Positions 1 through 8,988 of a stretch of DNA of 64,000 nucleotides are shown piece by piece. Source of the DNA: Burkholderiales bacterium. Lineage in GTDB: Bacteria; Pseudomonadota; Gammaproteobacteria; Burkholderiales; Eutrophovitaceae. The stretch's first letter is position 1, and each line of letters starts with the position of its first letter. Location of the stretch: positions 1,009 through 65,008 of the forward strand of contig DASRFY010000063.1 of NCBI GenBank assembly GCA_035651315.1. Reading direction: 5' to 3'. The notes beneath the pieces were generated by a model that searched no databases, had not been told where the DNA came from, and saw only the letters and a program-made list of their open reading frames with translations. Made by a program: the position numbers and the translations under genes.

Positions 1-2667
1 GGAGCGGTGCTGCCTTTCCCGTACGGGGGCAAATTCCGCCAGGTGATGGTCGACATCGACAGCCGCGCGCTGCAGGCCAAAGGGCTCTCGCCACTAGACG
101 TCGTCAACGCGGTCAACGCCCAGAACCTGATCCTTCCCACCGGGACGGCGAAGATCGGCACGCTCGAATACGACGTCGCGTTGAACGGCAGCCCGAAAAC
201 GGTGGCCGAGCTCAACGACCTGCCGATCAGGACCGGGCCGGCGGGCACAATCTACATCCGCGACGTCGCGCACGTGCGCGACGGCTTCCAGCCGCAGACC
301 AATATCGTGCGCCACGACGGACACCGGGCGGTGCTGTTGACCATTCTGAAATACGGCAAAGCCTCCACCCTGGACATCGTGGACCGGGTGCGTGCCGAGC
401 TGCCGCGCATCAAGGCGGGCCTGCCGCCCGAACTCGAGATGGAGACCGCGCTCGACCAGTCTCTGTTCGTGCGCGCCGCGGTGGACGGCGTGATTCGCGA
501 GGCGGTGCTCGCCGGCTGCCTGACGGCGCTCATGATTTTGCTGTTTCTCGGCAGCTGGCGCAGCACGCTGATCATCGCCGTGTCGATACCGCTCGCGATC
601 CTGACTTCTCTGACCGTGCTCTCCGCGCTGGGCGAGACGATCAACATCATGACGCTGGGCGGTCTCGCGCTCGCGGTCGGCATCCTGGTCGACGATGCGA
701 CGGTGGCGATCGAGAACATCAGCCAGCATCTGGAGCAGGGCAAGGCGCTGGACGAGGCGATCCTGGACGGCGCGCAGCAGATCGCGATTCCAACCTTCGT
801 ATCGACGCTGAGCATCTGCATCGTGTTCGTCCCGATGTTCCTGTTGACCGGCGTGGCGCGCTATCTTTTCGTGCCGATGGCGGAGGCGGTGGTCTTCGCC
901 ATGCTAGCCTCCTATTTCTTCTCGCGCACGCTGGTGCCCACGCTAGCCAAGTACATGCTGCGGATCGGCGTACTGGAGCACGGTCATCCCAGGCTCAGCC
1001 GCAATCCCTTCGTGCGGTTTCACCACTCCTTCGAGCATCGTTTCGAGGCGGCGCGCAACCGTTATCGGGATCTTCTCCAGCGCTCCATGCGCCACCAGAA
1101 GTTCTTCATCCTCCTGTTCCTGATCGGCTGTGTGGCTTCGGCCGCGCTGCTGCCTTGGGTCGGCCGCGACTTTTTCCCGTCCGTCGATACCGGCCAGTTC
1201 ACGCTGCACGTGCGCGCCAAGACCGGGACGCGTATCGAGGAAACCGCGCGCCTGTGCGACCTCGTCGAAATCGAGATTCGCAAGCTGATACCGCCCGCCG
1301 AGCTGCGAACGATCCTTGACAACATCGGGCTGCCCTCGAGCGGCACCAACCTGTCGTACAACAACTCCGGCACCACCGGGCCTGCCGACGCCGACATCAT
1401 CGTCTCGCTCAACAAGGGGCACCGTCCGACGGACGAATACGTGCGCCTGCTGCGGCAGAAGCTGCCGGAGCTGTTTCCCGGCACTACCTTGTATTTCCTG
1501 CCTGCGGACATCGTCAGCCAGATCTTGAACTTCGGTCTGCCGGCTCCGATCGACATCCAGGTCATCGGCCGCAACGTCCAAGGCAACCGCCAGTTCACGC
1601 TCAAACTGCTCGAACGGCTGAAGCAGATCCCCGGCATCGCCGATCTGCGCGTGCAGCAGGCTTTCGATCAGCCGCGCCTGGACGTCGCCGTCGATCGAAC
1701 CAGGGCGCAGCAGGCCGGGTATTCCCAGCACGACGTGGCGAGCAGCCTTTTGATCGCGCTGAGCGGAAGTTTCCAGACCAGCCCGAACTTCTGGCTCAAT
1801 CCGATCAACGGCGTGAGCTACAACATCATCACTCAGGCGCCCCAGTACCGGATCGATTCGCTGCAGGCGCTCGCCAATATTCCGCTCACCGCGTCCTCGG
1901 GCGCGGCGCAGCCCCAGATCCTCGGCAACCTGGCCACGATCGGCCGCAGCGCGGAGCGCGCGGTGATCAGCCACTGGAACGTGCAGCCCACACTGGACAT
2001 CTTCGGCTCCGTCCAGGGCCGCGACCTCGGCGGCGTGGCCGACGAGATCAACCGGATCGTCGGCACCAGCCTCAAGGAGCTGCCGAAAGGCTCGCGGCTG
2101 ATCATGCGCGGCCAGATCGAGACCATGCAGTCCTCCTTCGACGGCCTGCTCTTCGGCCTGATCTTCGCCATCGTGCTCGTTTATCTGTTGATGGTCGTGA
2201 ACTTCCAGTCGTGGCTGGATCCTTTCATCATCATTACCGCGCTGCCGGCCGCGCTTGCCGGCATCGTCTGGATGTTGTTCGCGACCGCCACGACGATGAG
2301 CGTGCCAGCGCTGACCGGCGCGATCATGGCGATGGGCATCGCCACCGCGAACAGCATTCTGGTGGTCAGTTTCGCGCGGCAGCAACTTCGCGCCGGAGCC
2401 GATTCGGCGAGCGCGGCGGTGGAGGCGGGCTTCAGCCGGTTCCGCCCGGTGCTAATGACCGCGCTGGCGATGGTCATCGGCATGGTGCCGATGGCCTTGG
2501 GCATGGGCGAGGGCGGAGAGCAGAACGCTCCGCTGGGCAGGGCGGTGATCGGAGGACTCGTGTTCGCAACCGGAGCGACGCTGTTCTTCGTGCCGGTGGT
2601 GTTTGCCCTGATCCACGGCTGGCTTGCGCGGGGTCGCCCCGCCGGGCAAGCGCCGCAGAGTGCGTAG
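1..2667 (+). CDS. RND efflux permease (AcrB/HAE1-type), 5'-partial at window edge
   Basis: The 886-aa frame is open from nt 1. It has multi-TM plus large periplasmic loop architecture and is paralogous to the full-length RND gene at 29468-32599. It is followed by adaptor and outer-membrane-factor genes. Confidence 0.9.
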   Translation, partial: GAVLPFPYGGKFRQVMVDIDSRALQAKGLSPLDVVNAVNAQNLILPTGTAKIGTLEYDVALNGSPKTVAELNDLPIRTGPAGTIYIRDVAHVRDGFQPQTNIVRHDGHRAVLLTILKYGKASTLDIVDRVRAELPRIKAGLPPELEMETALDQSLFVRAAVDGVIREAVLAGCLTALMILLFLGSWRSTLIIAVSIPLAILTSLTVLSALGETINIMTLGGLALAVGILVDDATVAIENISQHLEQGKALDEAILDGAQQIAIPTFVSTLSICIVFVPMFLLTGVARYLFVPMAEAVVFAMLASYFFSRTLVPTLAKYMLRIGVLEHGHPRLSRNPFVRFHHSFEHRFEAARNRYRDLLQRSMRHQKFFILLFLIGCVASAALLPWVGRDFFPSVDTGQFTLHVRAKTGTRIEETARLCDLVEIEIRKLIPPAELRTILDNIGLPSSGTNLSYNNSGTTGPADADIIVSLNKGHRPTDEYVRLLRQKLPELFPGTTLYFLPADIVSQILNFGLPAPIDIQVIGRNVQGNRQFTLKLLERLKQIPGIADLRVQQAFDQPRLDVAVDRTRAQQAGYSQHDVASSLLIALSGSFQTSPNFWLNPINGVSYNIITQAPQYRIDSLQALANIPLTASSGAAQPQILGNLATIGRSAERAVISHWNVQPTLDIFGSVQGRDLGGVADEINRIVGTSLKELPKGSRLIMRGQIETMQSSFDGLLFGLIFAIVLVYLLMVVNFQSWLDPFIIITALPAALAGIVWMLFATATTMSVPALTGAIMAMGIATANSILVVSFARQQLRAGADSASAAVEAGFSRFRPVLMTALAMVIGMVPMALGMGEGGEQNAPLGRAVIGGLVFATGATLFFVPVVFALIHGWLARGRPAGQAPQSA

Positions 2668-2686
2668 CCCGCTGGGAGAACATGGA

Positions 2687-3880
2687 ATGAAAAACAATCG
2701 GCCCGCGTCCGTTTCCGACGGATCCCCAAGCCGTCTTTCGCGCCGCTGGCTGGTGGCGGGTGTGTTGCTCGTCATCGCCGCGATAACCGTGGTCTTCGGC
2801 ATCCTGCCCCGGCTGGATGCGAGGGCCTCGCTCAAGAAGGAAACCGCCGATCTCAACGTGCTCAACGTTTCGGTGATGCATCCGAAGGTCGCCGATGCGG
2901 CGCAGGAGATCGTGCTGCCGGGCAACATGCAGGCCTACCTCGACACGCCGATATACGCCCGTACCAACGGCTACCTGAAGCGCTGGTATTTCGACATCGG
3001 CGCGCGGGTCAGGCAAGGCCAGCTGCTCGCCGACATCGATACACCCGAGGTCGACGATCAGCTGCAGCAGGCACGGGCCGATCTCGCGACCGCGACCGCC
3101 AACTATGCGCTCGCGGAAAAGACCTCCGAGCGCTGGATCGAGCTGCTGAAGACCAATTCCGTCTCGAAGCAGGAAACCGACGAGAAGCTGGGCGACCGCG
3201 ACGCGAAGAAGGCCGCGCTAGCCGCCGCGAAGTTCAATGTCGCCCGGCTGGAGAAGCTGCAGTCCTTCAAGAGAATCTATGCGCCGTTCACCGGCGTGAT
3301 TACCGCGCGCAACATCGACGTCGGGGCGCTGATCGACGCCGGCAGCGGCGGCGGCCCTGGCAAGGAACTGTTTCATCTGTCGTCCACCGATCGATTGCGC
3401 GTGTACGTGAACGTGCCGCAGGCTTACTCGCGCGAAGCGGTGCCGGGCGTGGCGGCGGAGCTGACTCTGGCCGAATTCCCCGGCCGCCGCTTCGCCGGCA
3501 AGCTGGTGCGCACCGCGCAGGCGATTGACGCGGTGTCGCGCACGCTGCTCGCCGAAGTCGCGGTGGACAATCCCACCGGCGAGCTGCTTCCGGGAGCCTA
3601 CGCCGAAGTGCACCTGAAGCTCTCGGCGGGCAAGCCGGCGCTCGTCGTGCCGGTCAATACGCTGCTGTTCCGCGCGGAGGGGATGCAGGTCGCGGTGGTC
3701 AAGCCCGATCAGACCGTCGCGCTGACCAAGGTCCAGCTCGGGCGCGATTTCGGGACGAGCGTGGAAGTCGTCTCGGGCCTGGACGCCGGCGCCGAGGTCG
3801 TCGTGAATCCGACCGACTCGATATCCGACGGCGCGCGGGTGCGGGTCGTGAAGCAGGCGGAAGACAAAGCGGCGAAATAA
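2687..3880 (+). CDS. RND efflux periplasmic adaptor (membrane fusion protein, HlyD family)
   Basis: ATG at 2687 is preceded by GGGAGAA. The protein has an N-terminal TM anchor, a coiled-coil and a beta-barrel adaptor pattern. The longer 2624 start overlaps the RND 3' end and lacks an RBS. Confidence 0.85.
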   Translation: MKNNRPASVSDGSPSRLSRRWLVAGVLLVIAAITVVFGILPRLDARASLKKETADLNVLNVSVMHPKVADAAQEIVLPGNMQAYLDTPIYARTNGYLKRWYFDIGARVRQGQLLADIDTPEVDDQLQQARADLATATANYALAEKTSERWIELLKTNSVSKQETDEKLGDRDAKKAALAAAKFNVARLEKLQSFKRIYAPFTGVITARNIDVGALIDAGSGGGPGKELFHLSSTDRLRVYVNVPQAYSREAVPGVAAELTLAEFPGRRFAGKLVRTAQAIDAVSRTLLAEVAVDNPTGELLPGAYAEVHLKLSAGKPALVVPVNTLLFRAEGMQVAVVKPDQTVALTKVQLGRDFGTSVEVVSGLDAGAEVVVNPTDSISDGARVRVVKQAEDKAAK

Positions 3881-3883
3881 TCC

Positions 3884-5398
3884 ATGCGTCCGTTATCCGA
3901 TCCGCAGCGATCGCGTGTCCTTCCGCCGGCCGGTGCCGCCGCCGCGGTCATCATTCTCGGTTTGCTCAACGCGTGCACGGTCGGCCCGGATTACGTGCGC
4001 CCGCGCGTCGACATCCCCGCCGCCTTCAAGGAGGCCGCCGGCAACGACGAGTGGAAGGTCGGGCGTCCGAGCGACGAGGCCGCGCGCGGAAAGTGGTGGG
4101 CGGTATTCCGCGATCCCCGGCTCGATGCGCTCGAAAGCCAGGTCGACCTCTCCAATCAGAATATAGTCGCGGCAGCGGCCCAGTACCGCCAGGCGGTGGC
4201 GCTGGTGCAGGCCACCCGCGCCGGATTTTTCCCGACCGTGACCGCCGGCGCGACGGCAGCGCGCCGGCGCGGATCGGCGAGCACGCCGATCTCCTCGCCC
4301 GCGATCGTGGGCCCCAACAACGACTTCATTCTGCCGCTGCAGGTTTCCTGGGAGGCGGACGTGTGGGGGCGCATCCGCCGCTCGGTGGAGTCCAGCCGGG
4401 CGAACGCGCAGGCCTTCGCCGCGGACCTCGAGAACGTGCGCTTGTCGGTGCAGGCGGAGCTCGCGCTCGCCTATTTCGAGCTGCGCGGCGTGGACGCGGA
4501 TCGCGCGCTGCTCGACAAGACCATCGCCGCGTACCAGGACGCGCTTGCTCTCACGCGCAATCGCTTCGAGATCGGCATTGCATCGCTCACCGACGTCGCG
4601 CAGGCGCAGACCCAGCTCAAGACCACCCAGGCGCAGGCGATCGACCTCGGCGTGCAGCGCGCGCAGCTCGAGCACGCGATCGCGGTGCTGCTGGGCAAGG
4701 CGCCGGCGGCGTTTTCCATGCCGGCGGCACCGCTGGATGCGACCCCGCCGGCCGTGCCGCCGGGCCTGCCCTCTGCCCTGCTGGAGCGCCGACCCGACGT
4801 TGCCGCGGCGGAGCGGCTGGTCGCCGCGGCCAATGCCCAGATCGGCGTCGCGCAGGCCGCCTTCTACCCGACGGTTACGTTGTCCGGCGTGGCGGGATTC
4901 GAGAGCTCCAGCGCTTCCAACTGGCTGAGCTGGCCAAGCCGCCTGTGGGCGGTTGGGCCGGCCATTTCGCAGATCCTGTTCGACGGCGGATTGCGCCAGG
5001 CGCTCACCGACGAGGCGCGCGCGGCGTACGACGCAAATGTCGCCTCCTACCGGAACACCGTGCTCGTCGCATTCCGCGACGTCGAGGACAATCTCGCCGC
5101 GCTGCATGTCCTTGCCGAGGAGGCGCAGACGCAGAACGAGGCGGTCAAGGCGGCGCAGCGCTCGCTTGAACTCACCACCAATCGCTATCAGGCGGGCGCG
5201 GTGAGTTATCTGGACGTGGTCACGGCCCAGACGATCGCGCTGTCGAACGAGCGCACCGCGCTCGACATCGCGCGCCGCCGGATGTCGGCCAGCGTGCGGC
5301 TGGTCAAGGCGCTGGGCGGGGACTGGCGGATCTCGGATCTGCCGCGCGACGAAGATCTCGCCGCGGGCGGCTCCACGCAGCCGACGTCCGCGCGCTGA
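3884..5398 (+). CDS. RND efflux outer membrane factor lipoprotein (NodT family)
   Basis: Lipobox-like 'LLNACTVGPDYVRP', tandem TolC-like repeats, and a start 4 nt after the adaptor stop. Confidence 0.9.
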   Translation: MRPLSDPQRSRVLPPAGAAAAVIILGLLNACTVGPDYVRPRVDIPAAFKEAAGNDEWKVGRPSDEAARGKWWAVFRDPRLDALESQVDLSNQNIVAAAAQYRQAVALVQATRAGFFPTVTAGATAARRRGSASTPISSPAIVGPNNDFILPLQVSWEADVWGRIRRSVESSRANAQAFAADLENVRLSVQAELALAYFELRGVDADRALLDKTIAAYQDALALTRNRFEIGIASLTDVAQAQTQLKTTQAQAIDLGVQRAQLEHAIAVLLGKAPAAFSMPAAPLDATPPAVPPGLPSALLERRPDVAAAERLVAAANAQIGVAQAAFYPTVTLSGVAGFESSSASNWLSWPSRLWAVGPAISQILFDGGLRQALTDEARAAYDANVASYRNTVLVAFRDVEDNLAALHVLAEEAQTQNEAVKAAQRSLELTTNRYQAGAVSYLDVVTAQTIALSNERTALDIARRRMSASVRLVKALGGDWRISDLPRDEDLAAGGSTQPTSAR

Positions 5399-5431
5399 TT
5401 CCGCCGCGAAGCCGCCTTTTTCCACGATCTT

Positions 5432-5965
5432 CTAATGATCGAGCCGGATTTCGCCGCGCGCCTCGCCCTGGTTGCTCTCCGCGCCGGGGTCGAGAATCAG
5501 GCGCACGTGTATCGTGCCGCGGGCGCCGGCGAATGCCCCGTCGCCGCCGATCAGCTCGATGTCGCCCTCGACGTCGAAATGCCGCGAGCCGTCGGGCCAG
5601 CGATGCGACTTGCGCGTTCCGGCATACCTGCCGTAGATCCGGTTTCCGTCCTCCAGCAGGAAAGTCACGTACCCCGACTCGGTGCCGTTCTCGTCGACGG
5701 TGTCGGCAATCCCCTGCTGCAGCATGTCGGTCGCGCGCACCCCGGCGAATGCCGGCGCACGGCCGGTAAAGGTCTGGCGCAGCTCGTAGAGGCGCAGGAG
5801 GTGCGCCGGCGCGTCCTGCAGCGCGACGCGGTAATCGTGCATGACCCGGGTCTGCACCGCCGCGGGATCGTAGGACACGGCGTGCACGCTCGCGGCATGC
5901 GCGACGACCGCTGCCGACATCAGGGAGATGACAAGGAGCAGCGTCGCGATCGGCCGTGCGGTCAT
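5432..5965 (-). CDS. secreted hypothetical protein
   Basis: Sec signal peptide 'LLLVISLMSAAVVAHA' and a clean 177-aa frame. No family recognised. Confidence 0.6.
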   Translation of the reverse strand: MTARPIATLLLVISLMSAAVVAHAASVHAVSYDPAAVQTRVMHDYRVALQDAPAHLLRLYELRQTFTGRAPAFAGVRATDMLQQGIADTVDENGTESGYVTFLLEDGNRIYGRYAGTRKSHRWPDGSRHFDVEGDIELIGGDGAFAGARGTIHVRLILDPGAESNQGEARGEIRLDH

Positions 5966-6084
5966 TCCAGTGGTCCGCGGCCGGGATTGTCTCTGCGCTT
6001 CGCCCGGGCGGCGAGACGGAGTTTGTTGACGCGAAAAGCGGAGCCGGGCAAGTTAGCCGTCGCCAACCGCGAGGGAGGTCTTCC

Positions 6085-7071
6085 GTGTCGCTCGTCGAGA
6101 AGCTGAAAAGCCGGATGTCGCTGCCCGTGATCGGCGCGCCGATGTTCATTGTGTCCAATCCAGCGCTGGTGATCGAGCAGTGCGCCGCCGGCATCATCGG
6201 CGCCTTCCCGGCGCTCAACGCCCGCCCCGCCGAGCGGCTCGAGGAATGGATAGCGAGCATCGAGACGGCGCTTGAGAGCCGCCGCCTCGCGCGGCCGCAG
6301 GCGCGGATCGCTCCGTTCGCGGTGAACCAGATCATCCATCAGTCCAACGACCGTCTCGATCGCGATCTCGACGTGTGTATCCGCCACCGGGTGCCGGTGA
6401 TCATCACCAGCCTGCGCGCGCCGCACGACGTGGTGAAGACGGTGCACGGGTACGGCGGCGCGGTGTTCCACGACGTCATCAGCATCCGGCACGCGGAAAA
6501 GGCGCTGGAGGCGGGAGTGGACGGCCTGGTGCTGGTATGCGCCGGCGCCGGCGGCCATGCCGGCACCTTGAGCCCGTTCGCGTTGGTGCGCGAGGTGCGG
6601 CGCTTCTTCGCCGGGCCGATCGCGCTCTCCGGCGCGATCACCGACGGCGCCGGGATCGTCGCCGCCGAGGCGATCGGCGCGGATTTCGCCTATATCGGCA
6701 CGCGCTTCATCGCCACCCGGGAGGCGAACGCAGGCGACGCGTACAAGCAGATGATCGTGGACAGTCGCGCGGCCGACATCGTGTACACGCCCTACTTCAG
6801 CGGCGTGCACGGCAACTATCTGAAAAAGAGCATCGCCGCCGCCGGACTCGACCCGGACAAGCTGCCGGTCGCCGACAAATCGGTGATGAACTTCGGTTCC
6901 AACCGGGACAAGCCGAAGGCGTGGAAAGACATCTGGGGCGCCGGGCAGGGCGTGGGCAACATCGAGGACGTGCCTCCGGCATGCGAGCTCGTGGAACGGC
7001 TGCGTCGCGAGTACGCCGCGGCTAGGAAACGTCTGCGGCTCGACGGGGAAGCTGCGCTTGCGGCAGGTTGA
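6085..7071 (+). CDS. nitronate monooxygenase (2-nitropropane dioxygenase family)
   Basis: 'PVIGAPMF...' N-terminus and FMN TIM-barrel motifs. GTG at 6085 lies 6 nt after GAGGGAGG. Confidence 0.8.
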   Translation: MSLVEKLKSRMSLPVIGAPMFIVSNPALVIEQCAAGIIGAFPALNARPAERLEEWIASIETALESRRLARPQARIAPFAVNQIIHQSNDRLDRDLDVCIRHRVPVIITSLRAPHDVVKTVHGYGGAVFHDVISIRHAEKALEAGVDGLVLVCAGAGGHAGTLSPFALVREVRRFFAGPIALSGAITDGAGIVAAEAIGADFAYIGTRFIATREANAGDAYKQMIVDSRAADIVYTPYFSGVHGNYLKKSIAAAGLDPDKLPVADKSVMNFGSNRDKPKAWKDIWGAGQGVGNIEDVPPACELVERLRREYAAARKRLRLDGEAALAAG

Positions 7072-7086
7072 TGCGTGCGCCCGCGC

Positions 7087-7677
7087 CTACGGCCGGCAGG
7101 TATCGCGATAGATCGAATTTTTCGGAAACGAAAACACCCGGCGCAGCATCGGCTCGAAAAATCCGAGCGGCGCGCACTCCATGTCGGGATCGAAGGCGGG
7201 GTTGTCGTACAGCTCGCAGAAACGCGCCGTGCGCTCGAAATGGGGATGGCCGCGATACTGCTCGCGCATGTTGCGGTCCATGCCGATGTGATGGAAGAAG
7301 TAGTAGCCCTGGAAGATGCCGTGCTTTTCCACCATCCAGTGATTCTCTTCGGAGACGAACGGCTTCAGAATCGCGGCGGACACGTCCGGATGATTCCACG
7401 ACCCGAGCATGTCGCCGGCGTCGTGCAGCAGCGCGCACACGACGTATTCCTCGTCTTCCCCCGCCTTGTGCGCCAGGGTCGCGGTCAGCAGCGAGTGCTG
7501 CAGGCGGTCGACGGCGAAGCCGCCGGAGTCTCCGCCGAGCAGTTTCAGATGCGCGAGCACGCGATCGGGCAGCTCGCGCGCGAACGGCTGATAGCGCGCG
7601 ACGATGATGTCCCAGTCCGCCTTCGTGCTTTCCCGCATCGACTTGAAGCCAGCGCGCTGTTCGGTCATGTCGCCCAT
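7087..7677 (-). CDS. HD-domain protein (COG4341/PhnZ-like metal-dependent hydrolase/oxygenase family)
   Basis: 'LQHSLLTATLA...ALLHDAGD' HD motif, about 195 aa. The start is ATG 7677 or 7668, downstream of GGAGGA. Confidence 0.65.
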   Translation of the reverse strand: MGDMTEQRAGFKSMRESTKADWDIIVARYQPFARELPDRVLAHLKLLGGDSGGFAVDRLQHSLLTATLAHKAGEDEEYVVCALLHDAGDMLGSWNHPDVSAAILKPFVSEENHWMVEKHGIFQGYYFFHHIGMDRNMREQYRGHPHFERTARFCELYDNPAFDPDMECAPLGFFEPMLRRVFSFPKNSIYRDTCRP

Positions 7678-7878
7678 TGCATCCTCCGGTCTTCTCGGCA
7701 AGTAGCGCGAGTATAGCGCTGCCGGCTCGAGATCGCCGTCCGCGTCCTGTGCGGTGTCGCCCCGAGGCAACACCGCGGGAACCGGATCGCAGCCGAAAAC
7801 GTCGCGCCCGTTGCCGCACAGGAACTTTTCCCCGTCGTGGAAATCATGACAGGCTGCGATTCATGTCGTGAAAATCGG

Positions 7879-7893
7879 TGGCACGCAAATTGC
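7879..7893 (+). promoter_or_regulatory. candidate sigma-54 (-24/-12) promoter TGGCACgcaaaTTGC
   Basis: Exact TGGCAC-N5-TTGC spacing. It ends 65 nt upstream of the ATG at 7959 on the same strand. Confidence 0.5.
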
Positions 7894-7958
7894 GAAACGC
7901 TTTGCGGGCGAAGTTCCGCCTCCCGCATGCAGTTGTCGGCTTCAAAGGGAAAGTTGCA

Positions 7959-8879
7959 ATGCTCAAACATCAAGAGACGAACGTCCTGTCCTGGATCGGC
8001 GCCGTGCTCTCGCATGGCATCATCACGCTGCTCGCCATCGGCATCGCCTTTACGCTGCCGGTCGCGGCGCAGTACATCCTTTATCAGTGGTGGCCGCGGG
8101 TCGAAACCGATTCCCACCTGCTGCTGACGACCGAGACCGTGGTCGCGTCCATGCTGGTGGTCCTGTTCAACCTGGCCAAGGTTTCCTGGGACAACCGGCG
8201 CTTCGTCGGCAGCGCGAGGGTCGCCTCGCTGGTCCATGCCAGGAGCAACGAAAGCTGGCTGTCCCGGTGGCGTAGCGCATCGCTGTTCCGCAGGCTGCCC
8301 GCCGCGCGCGACGCCTACGTCATGACGGTCACCGGTTACGATACCTTCATCGACAGGCGCAGCCTGTTTCGCGCACCGCTGGCGACCGCCTGCGAAATCC
8401 GCGTCATGCTGCTCAATCCGGCGAGCGACGGCGCGCGCCGGCGCATCGACTCGCTTCCCGGGAAGAATGCGACGGCGCAGACCTTCGCCAGGGAGATCGA
8501 GGCAAGCATCGGCTATCTCGGCGCGCTTCGCAAAGCGGGCAAGAAGGTGACGCTGCGGTTCTATAATCATCCGCCGTTCTGGAAGCTCGTCGTGCTGGGC
8601 GATCACGTCTGGGTGCAGTACTGCCACGCCGGCTGCGAAATCAGACGCTCGCCGGAATACGTGTTCGCCATGCATCGCCGCCATCCCAGGCGCGGACTGT
8701 TCGTTCCCTTTTTCATGTACTTTCTCGAGAAATGGAGCGAGGCGCATCACCCCGAGTTCGACTTCGACACCCGCCAGCTCGTCTATCGCGACCGCGAGGG
8801 CAGGGAGCTGAAGCGCTTGCCGTTCGTCAATCCGCTCGAGCGGGCGAATGCCGCCGAAGACGTGCGGCGCGCGGCCTGA
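7959..8879 (+). CDS. membrane protein with C-terminal PLD-like/DUF5919-like soluble domain (function unknown)
   Basis: Two to three N-terminal TM helices followed by a ~220-aa domain ('IRVMLLNPAS...RFYNHPPFWKLVVLGDHVWVQYC'). ATG 7959 follows AGGGAAAG. The GTG 7878 start would overlap the sigma-54 box. Confidence 0.65.
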   Translation: MLKHQETNVLSWIGAVLSHGIITLLAIGIAFTLPVAAQYILYQWWPRVETDSHLLLTTETVVASMLVVLFNLAKVSWDNRRFVGSARVASLVHARSNESWLSRWRSASLFRRLPAARDAYVMTVTGYDTFIDRRSLFRAPLATACEIRVMLLNPASDGARRRIDSLPGKNATAQTFAREIEASIGYLGALRKAGKKVTLRFYNHPPFWKLVVLGDHVWVQYCHAGCEIRRSPEYVFAMHRRHPRRGLFVPFFMYFLEKWSEAHHPEFDFDTRQLVYRDREGRELKRLPFVNPLERANAAEDVRRAA

Positions 8880-8988
8880 AAAGCGGGAACGCGGCGAAGA
8901 ATCCGATACGGCGGAAAACACCGGAGCGACGGGGCGCGGAACGAGCTAGGAATACAGAACGACCTTACCGTTCGATCCGGCCCGACCG

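Noticed and set aside
3893-5425. A 510-aa minus-strand ORF, and the 398-aa plus-strand alternative frame (3973-5169), overlapping the NodT gene.
   Set aside because: No recognisable motifs and an extreme Arg/Gly/Ala bias. The NodT frame has a lipobox and a family pattern.
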